From assembly GCA_045863395.1 (NCBI GenBank), contig BTVJ01000004.1, positions 1-64,000 of the forward strand: a DNA stretch of 64,000 bases, in the 5' to 3' direction. This DNA comes from Myxococcales bacterium (GTDB taxonomy: Bacteria > Myxococcota_A > UBA9042 > JABWCM01 > BTVJ01). A program made the translations under genes and the position numbers. Below, in pieces: positions 34,173 through 45,300 of the stretch (positions are counted from its first letter, which is position 1; each line of letters begins with the position of its first letter). The notes under the pieces are model-generated. The model saw nothing but the letters and a program-made list of their open reading frames with translations. It was not told the origin of the DNA and did no database searches.

Positions 34173-35510
34173 ATGGACGACCTCGTGCTGCACCGGCTCC
34201 AGTTCGCGTTCACCATCACCTACCACTACCTGTTCCCGCAGCTCACCATGGGGCTCGGGCTGCTGATCGTCATCCTGAAGACCCTGGCGCTGCGGCGCGG
34301 TGACGAGCGCCTGAACGAATCCGCCCGCTTCTGGGCGCGCATCTTCGCCGTCAACTTCGCCATGGGCGTCGTGACCGGCATCCCCATGGAGTTCCAGTTC
34401 GGCACCAACTGGTCGCGCTTCTCCGAGGCGGCGGGCGGCGTCATCGGTCAGACCCTCGCCATGGAGGGCGTGTTCGCGTTCTTCTTGGAGTCGGCGTTCC
34501 TGGGGCTCTTCCTCTTCGGAGAGAGGCGCCTGGGGCCCCGGCTCCACTGGGTGGCCGCCTTTGCCGTGTTCCTCGGGAGCTGGGTCTCGGGCTTCTTCAT
34601 CATCGCGACCAACGCCTGGATGCAGAACCCCGTCGGCCACACCGTGGAGGACGGCGTCATCCAACTGGAGAGCGTCTCCGCGCTGTTCACCAACCCGTGG
34701 CTGCCCATCATGTACGCCCACACGATGATCGGGTCCGTGGTCACGGCCTCCTTCGTCATGGCGGGCACGGGGGCGTACTATCTGCTCTCTGGCGCCCACG
34801 AGCCGTATGGTCGCATCTTCGTGCGCACGGGCGTCATCGCTGGCCTGATCGCGTCGTTCCTCATGGCCATGCCCACGGGGGACCTGCACGCAAAGAAGGT
34901 GGCCGAGGACCACCCCGTGTCCTTCGCCGCCATGGAGGGCCTGTTCGAGACGGAACAGGGCGCAGGGTTGGTGCTCATCGGCCAGCCGGACATGGAGAAG
35001 CGGCGCCTGGACAACCCCATCGAGCTGCCGAACGTCCTGTCCTTCCTGACCTTTCGGAGTTGGGACGCGGAGGTGAAGGGCCTCGCTGAGTTCCCCGAGG
35101 AGGACTGGCCCGACAACATCCCGCTGCTCTACTACAGCTACCACATCATGGTGGGGCTCGGGACGCTGTTCATCGCGCTGATGGCGATGGCCGCCCTCCT
35201 GCTCTGGCGCAAGCGGCTGTTCACCACGAGGGCCGCCCTGTGGGCGCTGATGCTGGCGACGCCGTTCCCGTACGTGGCCAACACCTTCGGGTGGATGACG
35301 ACGGAGCTCGGGCGCCAGCCGTGGCTCATCTGGGGTCTCATGCGCACGTCCGAGGGGACGAGCCCGTCCGTCGCGTCTGGGAGCGTCATGTTCACGCTCC
35401 TCGGGTTCATGGGCATGTACGCGCTCTTGTCGATCCTCTTCTTGTTCCTGGTGGGGCGCGAGATCAGCCACGGCCCTGGCGGATCCCACGGTCACGGACA
35501 GGAGGGCTGA
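34173..35510 (+). CDS. cydA: Cytochrome bd ubiquinol oxidase subunit I
   Basis: RLQFAFTITYHYLFP, GVVTGIPMEFQFGTNW, EGVFAFFLES, AAMEG, GWMTTELGRQPW. Confidence 0.95.
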   Translation: MDDLVLHRLQFAFTITYHYLFPQLTMGLGLLIVILKTLALRRGDERLNESARFWARIFAVNFAMGVVTGIPMEFQFGTNWSRFSEAAGGVIGQTLAMEGVFAFFLESAFLGLFLFGERRLGPRLHWVAAFAVFLGSWVSGFFIIATNAWMQNPVGHTVEDGVIQLESVSALFTNPWLPIMYAHTMIGSVVTASFVMAGTGAYYLLSGAHEPYGRIFVRTGVIAGLIASFLMAMPTGDLHAKKVAEDHPVSFAAMEGLFETEQGAGLVLIGQPDMEKRRLDNPIELPNVLSFLTFRSWDAEVKGLAEFPEEDWPDNIPLLYYSYHIMVGLGTLFIALMAMAALLLWRKRLFTTRAALWALMLATPFPYVANTFGWMTTELGRQPWLIWGLMRTSEGTSPSVASGSVMFTLLGFMGMYALLSILFLFLVGREISHGPGGSHGHGQEG

Positions 35511-35513
35511 CCC

Positions 35514-36545
35514 ATGGAGACCGCTTGGTTCTGCCTGCTGGCGTTCATGTTGGTCACCTACGTGGTGCTCGACGGCTTCGACCTCGGGGCCGGGGCCGTG
35601 CACCTGCTGGCGCGGGGCGAGGAGGAGCGCCGCACCGTGCTGCGCACCATCGGGCCCGTCTGGGACGGCAACGAGGTGTGGTTGGTCGCCGCCGGTGGCA
35701 CGCTGTTCTTCGCGTTCCCCAAGCTCTACGCCGTCAGCTTCAGCGGCTTCTACCTGCCGCTCATCCTGGTGCTGTGGCTCATCATGCTGCGGGGGCTGGC
35801 CATCGAGCTGCGGGGGCACGTGGACAGCGCGCTCTGGCGGCGTGCCTGGGACACGACCTTCGCCTTCGCGAGCCTCGCGCTGGCGCTGGTGCTGGGGGTC
35901 GCGCTGGGCAACGTCGTGCGGGGAGTGCCCATCGGGGAGGACGGCACCTTCTTCGCAGCGCTGTGGACGGACTTCTCCGTGGGACCGGAGCCGGGGGTGC
36001 TGGACTGGTACACCCTGCTCGTCGGGGCGCTCGCGCTGGTCACGCTCTCGGTACATGGAGGCCTGTGGGTAGCGCACAAGACGGAGGGGCCGCTCCAAGG
36101 GCGCGCGCGCCGGTTGGCGAGGTTGGGGGCGTGGACGGTAGGGGCGCTGGTCGTCGGAGTGTCCGGCGCCACATTCGCCATCCAGCCGCTGGTTCCCCGG
36201 GCCTTTGCGGAGCGGCCTTGGGGGGTCGTGCTCCCCCTGGGGGCCGCCGTGGCGCTGGGGACGGTGATCCGGAACGTTCGGCGGGGCCAGGATGGACGCG
36301 CGTTCCTGGCCAGCGCGGCCTTCATCGCGCTGCTGCTCGCCAGCGCCGCCTTCGGGCTGTTTCCCGCGGTCCTTCCGGCCCTGGACCCGAGCCGCACCCT
36401 GACCGTGACCAACGCCGCGACCAGCCGGTACGGACTCGGCGTTGGCCTCGCGTGGTGGATCCCGGGCATGGCCCTGGCAGTCGGGTACTTCGCGTTCCTC
36501 TACAGGCGCTTTGCGGGGAAGGTCACGGGGGAGGAGGGGTACTGA
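35514..36545 (+). CDS. cydB: Cytochrome bd ubiquinol oxidase subunit II
   Basis: LDGFDLGAG, IGPVWDGNEVWL. Confidence 0.95.
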   Translation: METAWFCLLAFMLVTYVVLDGFDLGAGAVHLLARGEEERRTVLRTIGPVWDGNEVWLVAAGGTLFFAFPKLYAVSFSGFYLPLILVLWLIMLRGLAIELRGHVDSALWRRAWDTTFAFASLALALVLGVALGNVVRGVPIGEDGTFFAALWTDFSVGPEPGVLDWYTLLVGALALVTLSVHGGLWVAHKTEGPLQGRARRLARLGAWTVGALVVGVSGATFAIQPLVPRAFAERPWGVVLPLGAAVALGTVIRNVRRGQDGRAFLASAAFIALLLASAAFGLFPAVLPALDPSRTLTVTNAATSRYGLGVGLAWWIPGMALAVGYFAFLYRRFAGKVTGEEGY

Positions 36546-36548
36546 GGA

Positions 36549-36577
36549 GGCGCCGGCCCCGGGAGGGGACCGGCGCC
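36549..36577. terminator. GC-rich hairpin between convergent genes (possible terminator)
   Basis: ggcgccggcccc...ggggaccggcgcc near-perfect stem; no U-tract. Confidence 0.35.
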
Positions 36578-36611
36578 GTGGAAGCCGGGGGGCGCTGGCC
36601 CACGAGTGAGC

Positions 36612-37646
<1,035 letters not shown>

Positions 37647-37747
37647 CGTTGAACCTGCCTGTGTGTTGGCCGGACACGGCGTGTCCGTGTGTTGTTGGGG
37701 AAACGTGGGTCGCCGAAACGGTAGGTAGACCGGACTTGTTCATTCAA

Positions 37748-37763
37748 CGGAACAACCGTTCCG
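37748..37763. promoter_or_regulatory. Palindromic putative operator between divergent genes
   Basis: CGGAAC-aacc-GTTCCG in a lower-GC intergenic segment. Confidence 0.4.
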
Positions 37764-37937
37764 CGCTTTTGGAACCATGGAGACCTGCGCTCCCTTGGGG
37801 GAGTGGGTGCCTCGCCTGCCGCAAAGGCCGCTCCTCGAACCCGTGTCGTTGCATCCACGGCCTCAACCTCTAAGATGACGGGTCCTCAGGGGCTCGACTG
37901 GCCCTCAGAGACGTCACCGCCGCCGAAGGAGCCCCGC

Positions 37938-39359
37938 ATGCGCATCCCCGAGACTGGAGTCGACAAGGACACCCTGCTCACCAGCCTCGGGGAGCTCCGC
38001 GGCGCCGACCTGGACTGGCGCAGCGGCCGGACCTTCGGCTACATCTACGACGCCGGCCGGGAGGTGGAGGCCGTCGGCAAAGCGGCTTACGCGGCCTTCC
38101 TCACCGAGAACGCCCTCGACCCCACGGCCTTCCCGAGCCTTCTGCGCCTGGAGCGCGAGGTCGTCCGCATGGCGGCCACCCACCTGCGCGGCGGCGACGA
38201 GGTGGTCGGGAACTTCACGAGCGGTGGCACGGAGAGCATCATGCTCGCCGTCAAGACCGCTCGGGAGTGGGCGCGAGCGGCGCGTCCCGGCGTCACCGCG
38301 CCCGAGATCGTCGTCCCGGAGACCGCGCACGCCGCCTTTCACAAGGCCGCGCACTACCTGGGCGTCCGCGTGGTGCCCACGCCGGTGGACCCGGTGACCT
38401 TCCGGGCCGACCCGGACGCCGTGCGCGCCGCCATCACCCAGAGCACCATCCAGCTCGTCGGCTCCGCCGCCAGCTACGCCCACGGCGTCGTCGACCCCAT
38501 CGAGGAGCTGGGGGCAGTCGCCCTGGAGCACGGCCTGCTCTTCCACGTGGACGGCTGCATCGGCGGGTTCCTGCTCCCTTACTTGAGGCGTCTCGGTGCG
38601 CCAGTGCCCCGCTTCGAGCTGGACGTCCCCGGCGTCACCAGCATCTCCATGGACCTGCACAAGTACGCCTACGCACCGAAGGGCGCCTCCATCGTCCTGC
38701 ACCGCGACAAGGCGCTGCGACGACACCAGATCTACTCCTGTGCCCGCTGGAGCGGCTACGGCGTGGTGAATCCGACGGTCCAGAGCACCAAATCCGGCGG
38801 CCCCCTCGCCGCCGCCTGGGCCGTGCTCCACCACGTGGGAGACGACGGCTACCTGGCGCTGGCGCGGCGCCTGCGCGACGCCACGGCGCAGATCCTCGAA
38901 GGGGTGCGCTCCATCCCTGGTCTCCGGGTCCTCGGCGAGCCGCTGATGAGCCTCGTGGCGTTCACGTCGGACACGGCGTCCGTGTTCCACGTCGCCGACG
39001 AGATGAAGGAGCGGGGCTTCTACATCCAGGCGCAGCACCGCTTCGGGTGCAGCCCGGCGAACCTGCACCTGACCATCGGCCCCGAGAACGACCGCCACGT
39101 CCCCGCCATGCTCGACGCGCTGCGGGAGTCGGTCGCGGCCGCGGCGAAGCTGCCCAGCGGCCACATCGGGAAGATGGTGGCCGGCGCCTTGCCCTCCCTG
39201 GACCTGAACGGCGACGGCCTCCAGAAGCTCATGGGGATGCTCGGGGTGGGCGCCGAGCTGCCGAAGCGCATGGCGCCGATCAACGAGGTGCTCGACGCGC
39301 TGCCCCCCGAAGCGCGCGAGGCCATGCTCGCGGCCTTCGTCAACGAGATGTTCGTGTAG
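37938..39359 (+). CDS. PLP-dependent group II enzyme, sphingosine-1-phosphate-lyase-like
   Basis: AAGGAG RBS; FTSGGTESI, AHAAFHKAA, HVDGCIGGF, SMDLHKYAYAPKG (PLP Lys). Confidence 0.85.
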   Translation: MRIPETGVDKDTLLTSLGELRGADLDWRSGRTFGYIYDAGREVEAVGKAAYAAFLTENALDPTAFPSLLRLEREVVRMAATHLRGGDEVVGNFTSGGTESIMLAVKTAREWARAARPGVTAPEIVVPETAHAAFHKAAHYLGVRVVPTPVDPVTFRADPDAVRAAITQSTIQLVGSAASYAHGVVDPIEELGAVALEHGLLFHVDGCIGGFLLPYLRRLGAPVPRFELDVPGVTSISMDLHKYAYAPKGASIVLHRDKALRRHQIYSCARWSGYGVVNPTVQSTKSGGPLAAAWAVLHHVGDDGYLALARRLRDATAQILEGVRSIPGLRVLGEPLMSLVAFTSDTASVFHVADEMKERGFYIQAQHRFGCSPANLHLTIGPENDRHVPAMLDALRESVAAAAKLPSGHIGKMVAGALPSLDLNGDGLQKLMGMLGVGAELPKRMAPINEVLDALPPEAREAMLAAFVNEMFV

Positions 39360-39439
39360 CGCGGAGGCGCACGGAATTTGCCCCCGAGACCGCGGGCGCC
39401 TATGCTTGGTGCGGTCGCACCTCCTGCGGAGGCACCCGG

Positions 39440-39817
39440 ATGGTGAGCAAGGAGCGGCGGGGGAAACAGGCGAAGGGCGCCCCGCCGGGCGCCGATACCC
39501 CCGCGACGTCCTCTCCCCTCCGCGGCCTCTCCTACGCTGGCGCCCGCGAGCGCCTCGCTCCCGCAACCGCAGCCTCCGACCCCGAGGCGGAGGCTTCCTG
39601 GGCGGAGGTGCTCGCAGGCAGCCTGGTGCTGGAGCAGGGCCAGAGCGGCCCGGCCGTCCGCCTCCTGCAGCAGAAGCTCGCCACCACCGGCCACGACATC
39701 CGCCCCTCCGGCGTCTTCGGCCCCACCACCGCCGCGCTGATCGCCGCCTTCCAGGGCGCGCACGGCCTGGAGCCGAGCGGGCGCGTGGACGCCGCGACCG
39801 CCATCGCCCTCGGCTGA
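39440..39817 (+). CDS. Small peptidoglycan-binding-domain protein
   Basis: GGAGG RBS; LEQGQSGPAVRLLQQKL...SGVFGPTTAALIAAFQGAHGLEPSGRVDAAT. Confidence 0.8.
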   Translation: MVSKERRGKQAKGAPPGADTPATSSPLRGLSYAGARERLAPATAASDPEAEASWAEVLAGSLVLEQGQSGPAVRLLQQKLATTGHDIRPSGVFGPTTAALIAAFQGAHGLEPSGRVDAATAIALG

Positions 39818-39901
39818 CCCCCAGGCTTCTTGCGTATCGCGCTCGCCCTCTGAGCGTACCTGCGGGTGTGTCCAACCTTTGGTGCCCCGGAGGAGCTCCC
39901 C

Positions 39902-42316
39902 ATGAAGCAGTGGTTCGTGGTGTTCGCGGCTTTCGCCCTGCTCGCAGGCTGTGCTGACGACCCCTCGTGCGGAAACGGATCGGCGGAGGGCGATGAGCAG
40001 TGCGACGACGGCAACGCCGAGGACGGCGATGGCTGCACCAGCGCCTGCACGCTGCCGCGGGTCGGCGACGGCGTCGTCCAGGCAGGCGAGGAGTGCGACG
40101 ACGGCAACGCCATCGACTACGACGGGTGCACCAACGCCGGGCGCCTGCCGCGCTGCGGCGACGGGATCCTTCAAGGGGACGAGGGCTGCGACGACGGCAA
40201 CCTGGACCCCTCCGACGGCTGCACGAACGCGTGCGCGCCGGCCACCTGCGGCGACGGGGTGGTCCGGCTCGGCGTCGAGGAGTGCGATGACGGCAACGCC
40301 GAGGACACCGACGGTTGCACCAGCGCCTGTCGGTTCGCGCAGTGCGGGGACGGCTTCGTGCAGCCCGGGGAGGAGTGCGATGACGGCAACGCGAGCAACA
40401 CGGACGCCTGCCTCCTCACGTGCGTGGCCGCGCGCTGCGGCGACGCCTTCGTCCAGGCCGGTGAGGAGTGCGACGATGGCAACGGCAGCGATGACGACGC
40501 CTGCCTGCCCACCTGCAAGGCGGCGCGCTGCGGCGACGGCGCCGTCCGGGCTGGAGTCGAGGCCTGTGACCCCGGCGCCGACACCACCGGGAAGGTCTGC
40601 ACCACCGGCTGCGCCCTGCCCTCCTGCGGCGACGGCGTCGTCCAGGACGGCGAGGCCTGCGACGACGCAAACCTGAGCGACGCCGACGGCTGCCTGAGCA
40701 CCTGCGTGGCGGCCTCCTGCGGCGACGGCCACGCACAGCCCGGCGAGGAGTGCGACGACGGCAACGCCGACGACCACGACGCCTGCCTGTCGTGCAAGAA
40801 GGCGAGGTGCGGCGACGGGGTCGTCCGGCACGGCGTCGAGGCGTGCGACGATGGCAACGACGCGGACACCGACGGCTGCACCACCGCGTGCGCGCTGCCG
40901 ACCTGCGGCGACGGCATCACCCAGCCCGGCGAGGAGTGCGACGACGGCAACGTCAGCGACACCGACGTGTGCACGACGGCGTGCCTGCTGGCCCGCTGCG
41001 GTGACGGCTTCGTGCAGGTGGGGGTCGAGGAGTGCGACGACGGAGACGCCGACGACCACGACGCCTGCCTCTCCACCTGCAAGGCGGCCACCTGCGGGGA
41101 CGGCAAGACGCTGCTCGGCGTGGAGGAGTGCGACGACGGCAACGACGACGACACGGACGGCTGCACCACGTCATGCAGGAGCGCCCGGTGCGGCGACGGC
41201 CTCGTCCAGGCGGGCGAGGCCTGCGACGACGGCAACGGGAGCAACGACGACGCGTGCCTGGTGACCTGCGTGGCGGCCTCCTGCGGCGACGGCTTCACCC
41301 AGACGGGCGCCGAGGAGTGCGACGACGGGAACGACGACGACCACGACGCGTGCCTGGCGTGCACGAAGGCGACCTGCGGCGACGGCGTCGTGCGGGTCAG
41401 CGTCGAGGCGTGCGACGACGGCAACGACGACGACACGGACGCCTGCACGACGTCCTGCGCGCTGGCGACCTGCGGCGACGGCATCGTCCAGGGCGGCGAG
41501 GAGTGCGACGACGGCAACCTGGACGACGGGGACTCCTGCCTGAGCACGTGCGTCGGAGCCCGGTGCGGGGACGGCTTCGTGCTGGTTGGGGTCGAGGAGT
41601 GCGACGACGGAAACACCAACGACAACGACGCGTGTCCGTCCACCTGCGAGGCGGCGCGCTGCGGCGATGGCTTCGTGCGGCTCGGCGTCGAGGGCTGCGA
41701 CGACGGCAACGACGACGACACGGACGCCTGCCTCTCGACGTGCAAGGCGGCCTCGTGCGGGGACAGCCACGTGCAGGCGGGGATCGAGGCCTGCGACGAC
41801 GGCAACGGCAACAACGCGGACGGCTGCCTGAGCTCGTGCGCCCTGGCGAGCTGCGGCGACGGCTTCACCCAGGTGGGGGTGGAGACCTGCGACGACGGGA
41901 ACCTGGCCGGCGGGGACTGGTGCAGCGCGGACTGCCAGCGCGAGTGCCTGGTCGGCGACGACAACGCGTTGATCGGAGACACCTGCTGGTCGCGCTTCGA
42001 CACGCCGGCGGTCTGGGCCGACGCCCGCGCCTTCTGCGAGGTCCTGGGCGCCCACCTGGCGACGGTGGCCGGCGCCTCCGACAACCAGGCAGTCGCGGAC
42101 CTGGCCGGCGCCGCCTGGATCGGCCTGACGGACCAGCTCACCCCGGGGACCTGGCTCTGGGTGGAGGGGCCGGCCAAGCTCACCGTGCCCATCTATGAGA
42201 GCTGGGCGCCCGGTCAGCCGGGCTCGGGGCACTGCGCATCGACGTCCACGGACGGGCTCTGGACGTCCCACGCCTGCTCCGAGGGGCGCCCCTTCGTCTG
42301 CGAGCGGAGCTTCTAG
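39902..42316 (+). CDS. Lipoprotein with Myxococcus Cys-rich (DUF4215-type) repeats and C-terminal C-type lectin-like domain
   Basis: Lipobox LAGC; about 18 [16 protein letters not shown] units; WADARAFC...HLATV...AWIGLTD...RPFVCE. Confidence 0.88.
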   Translation: MKQWFVVFAAFALLAGCADDPSCGNGSAEGDEQCDDGNAEDGDGCTSACTLPRVGDGVVQAGEECDDGNAIDYDGCTNAGRLPRCGDGILQGDEGCDDGNLDPSDGCTNACAPATCGDGVVRLGVEECDDGNAEDTDGCTSACRFAQCGDGFVQPGEECDDGNASNTDACLLTCVAARCGDAFVQAGEECDDGNGSDDDACLPTCKAARCGDGAVRAGVEACDPGADTTGKVCTTGCALPSCGDGVVQDGEACDDANLSDADGCLSTCVAASCGDGHAQPGEECDDGNADDHDACLSCKKARCGDGVVRHGVEACDDGNDADTDGCTTACALPTCGDGITQPGEECDDGNVSDTDVCTTACLLARCGDGFVQVGVEECDDGDADDHDACLSTCKAATCGDGKTLLGVEECDDGNDDDTDGCTTSCRSARCGDGLVQAGEACDDGNGSNDDACLVTCVAASCGDGFTQTGAEECDDGNDDDHDACLACTKATCGDGVVRVSVEACDDGNDDDTDACTTSCALATCGDGIVQGGEECDDGNLDDGDSCLSTCVGARCGDGFVLVGVEECDDGNTNDNDACPSTCEAARCGDGFVRLGVEGCDDGNDDDTDACLSTCKAASCGDSHVQAGIEACDDGNGNNADGCLSSCALASCGDGFTQVGVETCDDGNLAGGDWCSADCQRECLVGDDNALIGDTCWSRFDTPAVWADARAFCEVLGAHLATVAGASDNQAVADLAGAAWIGLTDQLTPGTWLWVEGPAKLTVPIYESWAPGQPGSGHCASTSTDGLWTSHACSEGRPFVCERSF

Positions 42317-42318
42317 CG

Positions 42319-45300
42319 GTGTGCCACCGAGCCCCCGCCCGCCGGCGTCACTGTGACCGGACGCGGCTCCTGTGGGCGCTCGCGGCCCTGCTCCTCGGGG
42401 CCTGCGGAGACGACCCGGTCTGCGGCAACGGGGCCGTCGAGGCCGGCGAGCAGTGCGACGAGCCGGGCGAGGGCTGCGTGGCCTGCCGGCTCGCCCGCTG
42501 CGGGGACGGCGTCCAGCAGCCGGGCGAGGAGTGCGACGACGGCAACCCCGTGGACCACGACGGCTGCCGCAACGACTGCCGGCTTCCCCGGTGCGGAGAC
42601 GGCGTGCTCCAAGGTGACGAGGAGTGCGACGACGGCAACACCGACCCGACGGACGCATGCACGGCCACTTGCACCGTCGCGCGGTGCGGCGACGGTGTCG
42701 TTCGGGCGGGCCTGGAGGAGTGCGACGACGACTCGGACGCCTGCGTCGCGTGCGCGGCGGCCCGCTGCGGCGACGGCGTGCGGCAGGGCGCCGAGGAGTG
42801 CGACGACGGCAACGCGAGCCCGTGGGACGCATGCACGCCGGACTGTGTGGCGGCGCGCTGCGGCGACGGCTTCGTGCAGCCCGGTGAGGAGTGCGACGAC
42901 GGCAACGGCGACGAAACGGACGGCTGCCGCTCCTGCCAGCGCGCGCGGTGCGGCGACGGCGCGGTCCACGCAGGGGTGGAGGCGTGCGACGGGGGCGACC
43001 GCTGCGGCCCCTCCTGTGCGCTCCTGACCTGCGGCGACGGCGTGGTGGACCCGGGCGAGGAGTGCGACGACGGAGACGCGGATCCCACGGACGCCTGCCT
43101 GCCGACCTGCCTGCTCGCCCGCTGCGGCGATGGCTACAGGGGTCCCGGTGAGGAGTGCGACGACGGCAACGCAGATGACCGCGACGCCTGCACCGGCTGC
43201 GCGGTGGCCCGCTGCGGCGACGGCGTCGTGGGGCCGGGCGAGGCGTGCGACGCGCCCGCCGGCTGCACCTCCGCCTGTGCCCTCCCCACGTGCGGCGACG
43301 GGATCGTGCAGGGCGGCGAGGAGTGCGACGACGGCAACGGGAGCCCCCACGACGCGTGCCTGCCCACGTGCCTGCTCGCGCGGTGCGGCGACGGCTTCGT
43401 CCAGCCCGGCGAGGAGTGCGACGACGGCAACGGCGCCCCCCACGACGCCTGCACACCGGCGTGCACCAAGGCCCGGTGCGGGGACGGCTGGGTGCGCGCC
43501 GGCGTCGAGGCCTGCGACCCGGGCGGGGACGACGACACCTGCACGGGCTGTGCGCTGCCCACCTGCGGCGACGGTGTCACGCAGGGCGCAGAGCAGTGCG
43601 ACGACGGCAACGCCGACCCGACGGACGGCTGCCTCCCCACCTGCGTGCTCCCGTCCTGCGGCGACGGCTTCGTGCAGGCCGAGGAGTGCGACGACGGCAA
43701 TGCAGACGACCACGATGCGTGCGTGGCCTGCGTGAAGGCGCGCTGCGGCGACGGCATCGTCTTCGCGGGGGTCGAGGCGTGCGACGACGGCAACGACGAG
43801 GACGGCGACGGGTGCTCGGCGTGCGTGCCGACCGGGTGCGGTGATGGGCTCGTACAACCCGACGAGGCGTGCGACGACGGGGACCTGGACCCCACCGACG
43901 GCTGCCTGCCGACCTGCGTCCTGGCGCGCTGCGGCGACGGCTTCACCTGGGCCGGCGTCGAGGCCTGCGACGACGGCAACGCCGACTCCATGGACGGCTG
44001 CACCACGGACTGCGCCCTGCCCTCCTGCGGCGACGGCGTCACCCAGGAAGGAGAGGCCTGCGACGACGGCAACGGGAGCAACACGGACGCCTGCACGGCG
44101 GTCTGCCTCCTGCCGGCGTGCGGGGACGGCTTCGTGCAGGCCGGAGAGGAGTGCGACGACGGCAACGCCAACCCGGCGGACGCCTGCGTGGGCTGCAAGA
44201 AGGCGCGGTGCGGAGATGGCCACCTGCAGGTCGGCGTCGAGGGGTGCGACGACGGCAACGACAGCGACGAGGACGGCTGCGTAGGCTGCGCGCTTGCGCA
44301 CTGCGGAGACGGCCACACATGGAGCGGCGTCGAAGCCTGCGACGACGGCAACCTGGAGCCCACGGACGGCTGCCTGCCGAGCTGCGCTGCCTTCGACTTC
44401 TGCGAGGGGACGGCGGTGACCGCCGTCCTCCCGCCCGTGATCTGCGCCGGGCATGAGCCCCCCGAGGCCGTCCTGAGCGCGTCGGGGCGCGGCTTCCTGC
44501 GCGTCGGGGGCGTCGGCCCCGCCGTCACGCTCGACGGCGCCGCCGCGCCCTTCACGCTCGAGGGGTGCGCCCCGATCCACGGCGTGTTCGTGGCCGCCGA
44601 GGGGTGCACGACGCTCCGGCTGACGCTCCCGGGCACCCTCCCGGTGGGGGACCACCCCATCGAGGTCACGCACCCCACCGCCGCGCCGTGCCCGCTGGCG
44701 GCGGTCCTCAGCGTCGGCGAGCCGCCGATCGTAAGCGCGGTGGAGCCACCCCGGGTGTGCGAGGGCCCCGGGATCGTGGCCGTCCTGGGCTCCGGCTTCG
44801 TGGCGGGCTCCCAGGTGGCGGTCGAGGCACACGCGTCCACGTCCGACACCCTCTCGCCCTCGGAGCTCCTGGTGTCGCTCGGAGCGCTCACTCCCGGCAC
44901 CTGGGACGTGACCGTGAGCAACGGCCCCGACTGCGAGGACACGCTGCCCGGCGCCCTGGAGGTGCTCCCGAACCCCATCGTGTTCTTCGTGGACCCGCCC
45001 GTGGTCTACAACGGCATCGACCTTCAGGCCACCATCTACGTGAGCGGTATCAACGACGGGGCGGTGAGCGCCGTGCAGATCCGCCCGACGGGCACCACGC
45101 AGCCCTGGCTGCCCCTGGACTTCGCGCCCGGCGGGGCGCTGACCGTGCGGGCGACCATCCCGGCGGATCTGGTCCCGCCCGGCGAGAGCCAGACGTGGGA
45201 CGTGCTGGTCACGGACGCCGCTGGCTGCAAGGGGACGCTGGCGGGGAGCCTGGTGCTCACGCAGCGCCTGACGCTGGAGCTCGCCAGCGTGACGCCGCCC

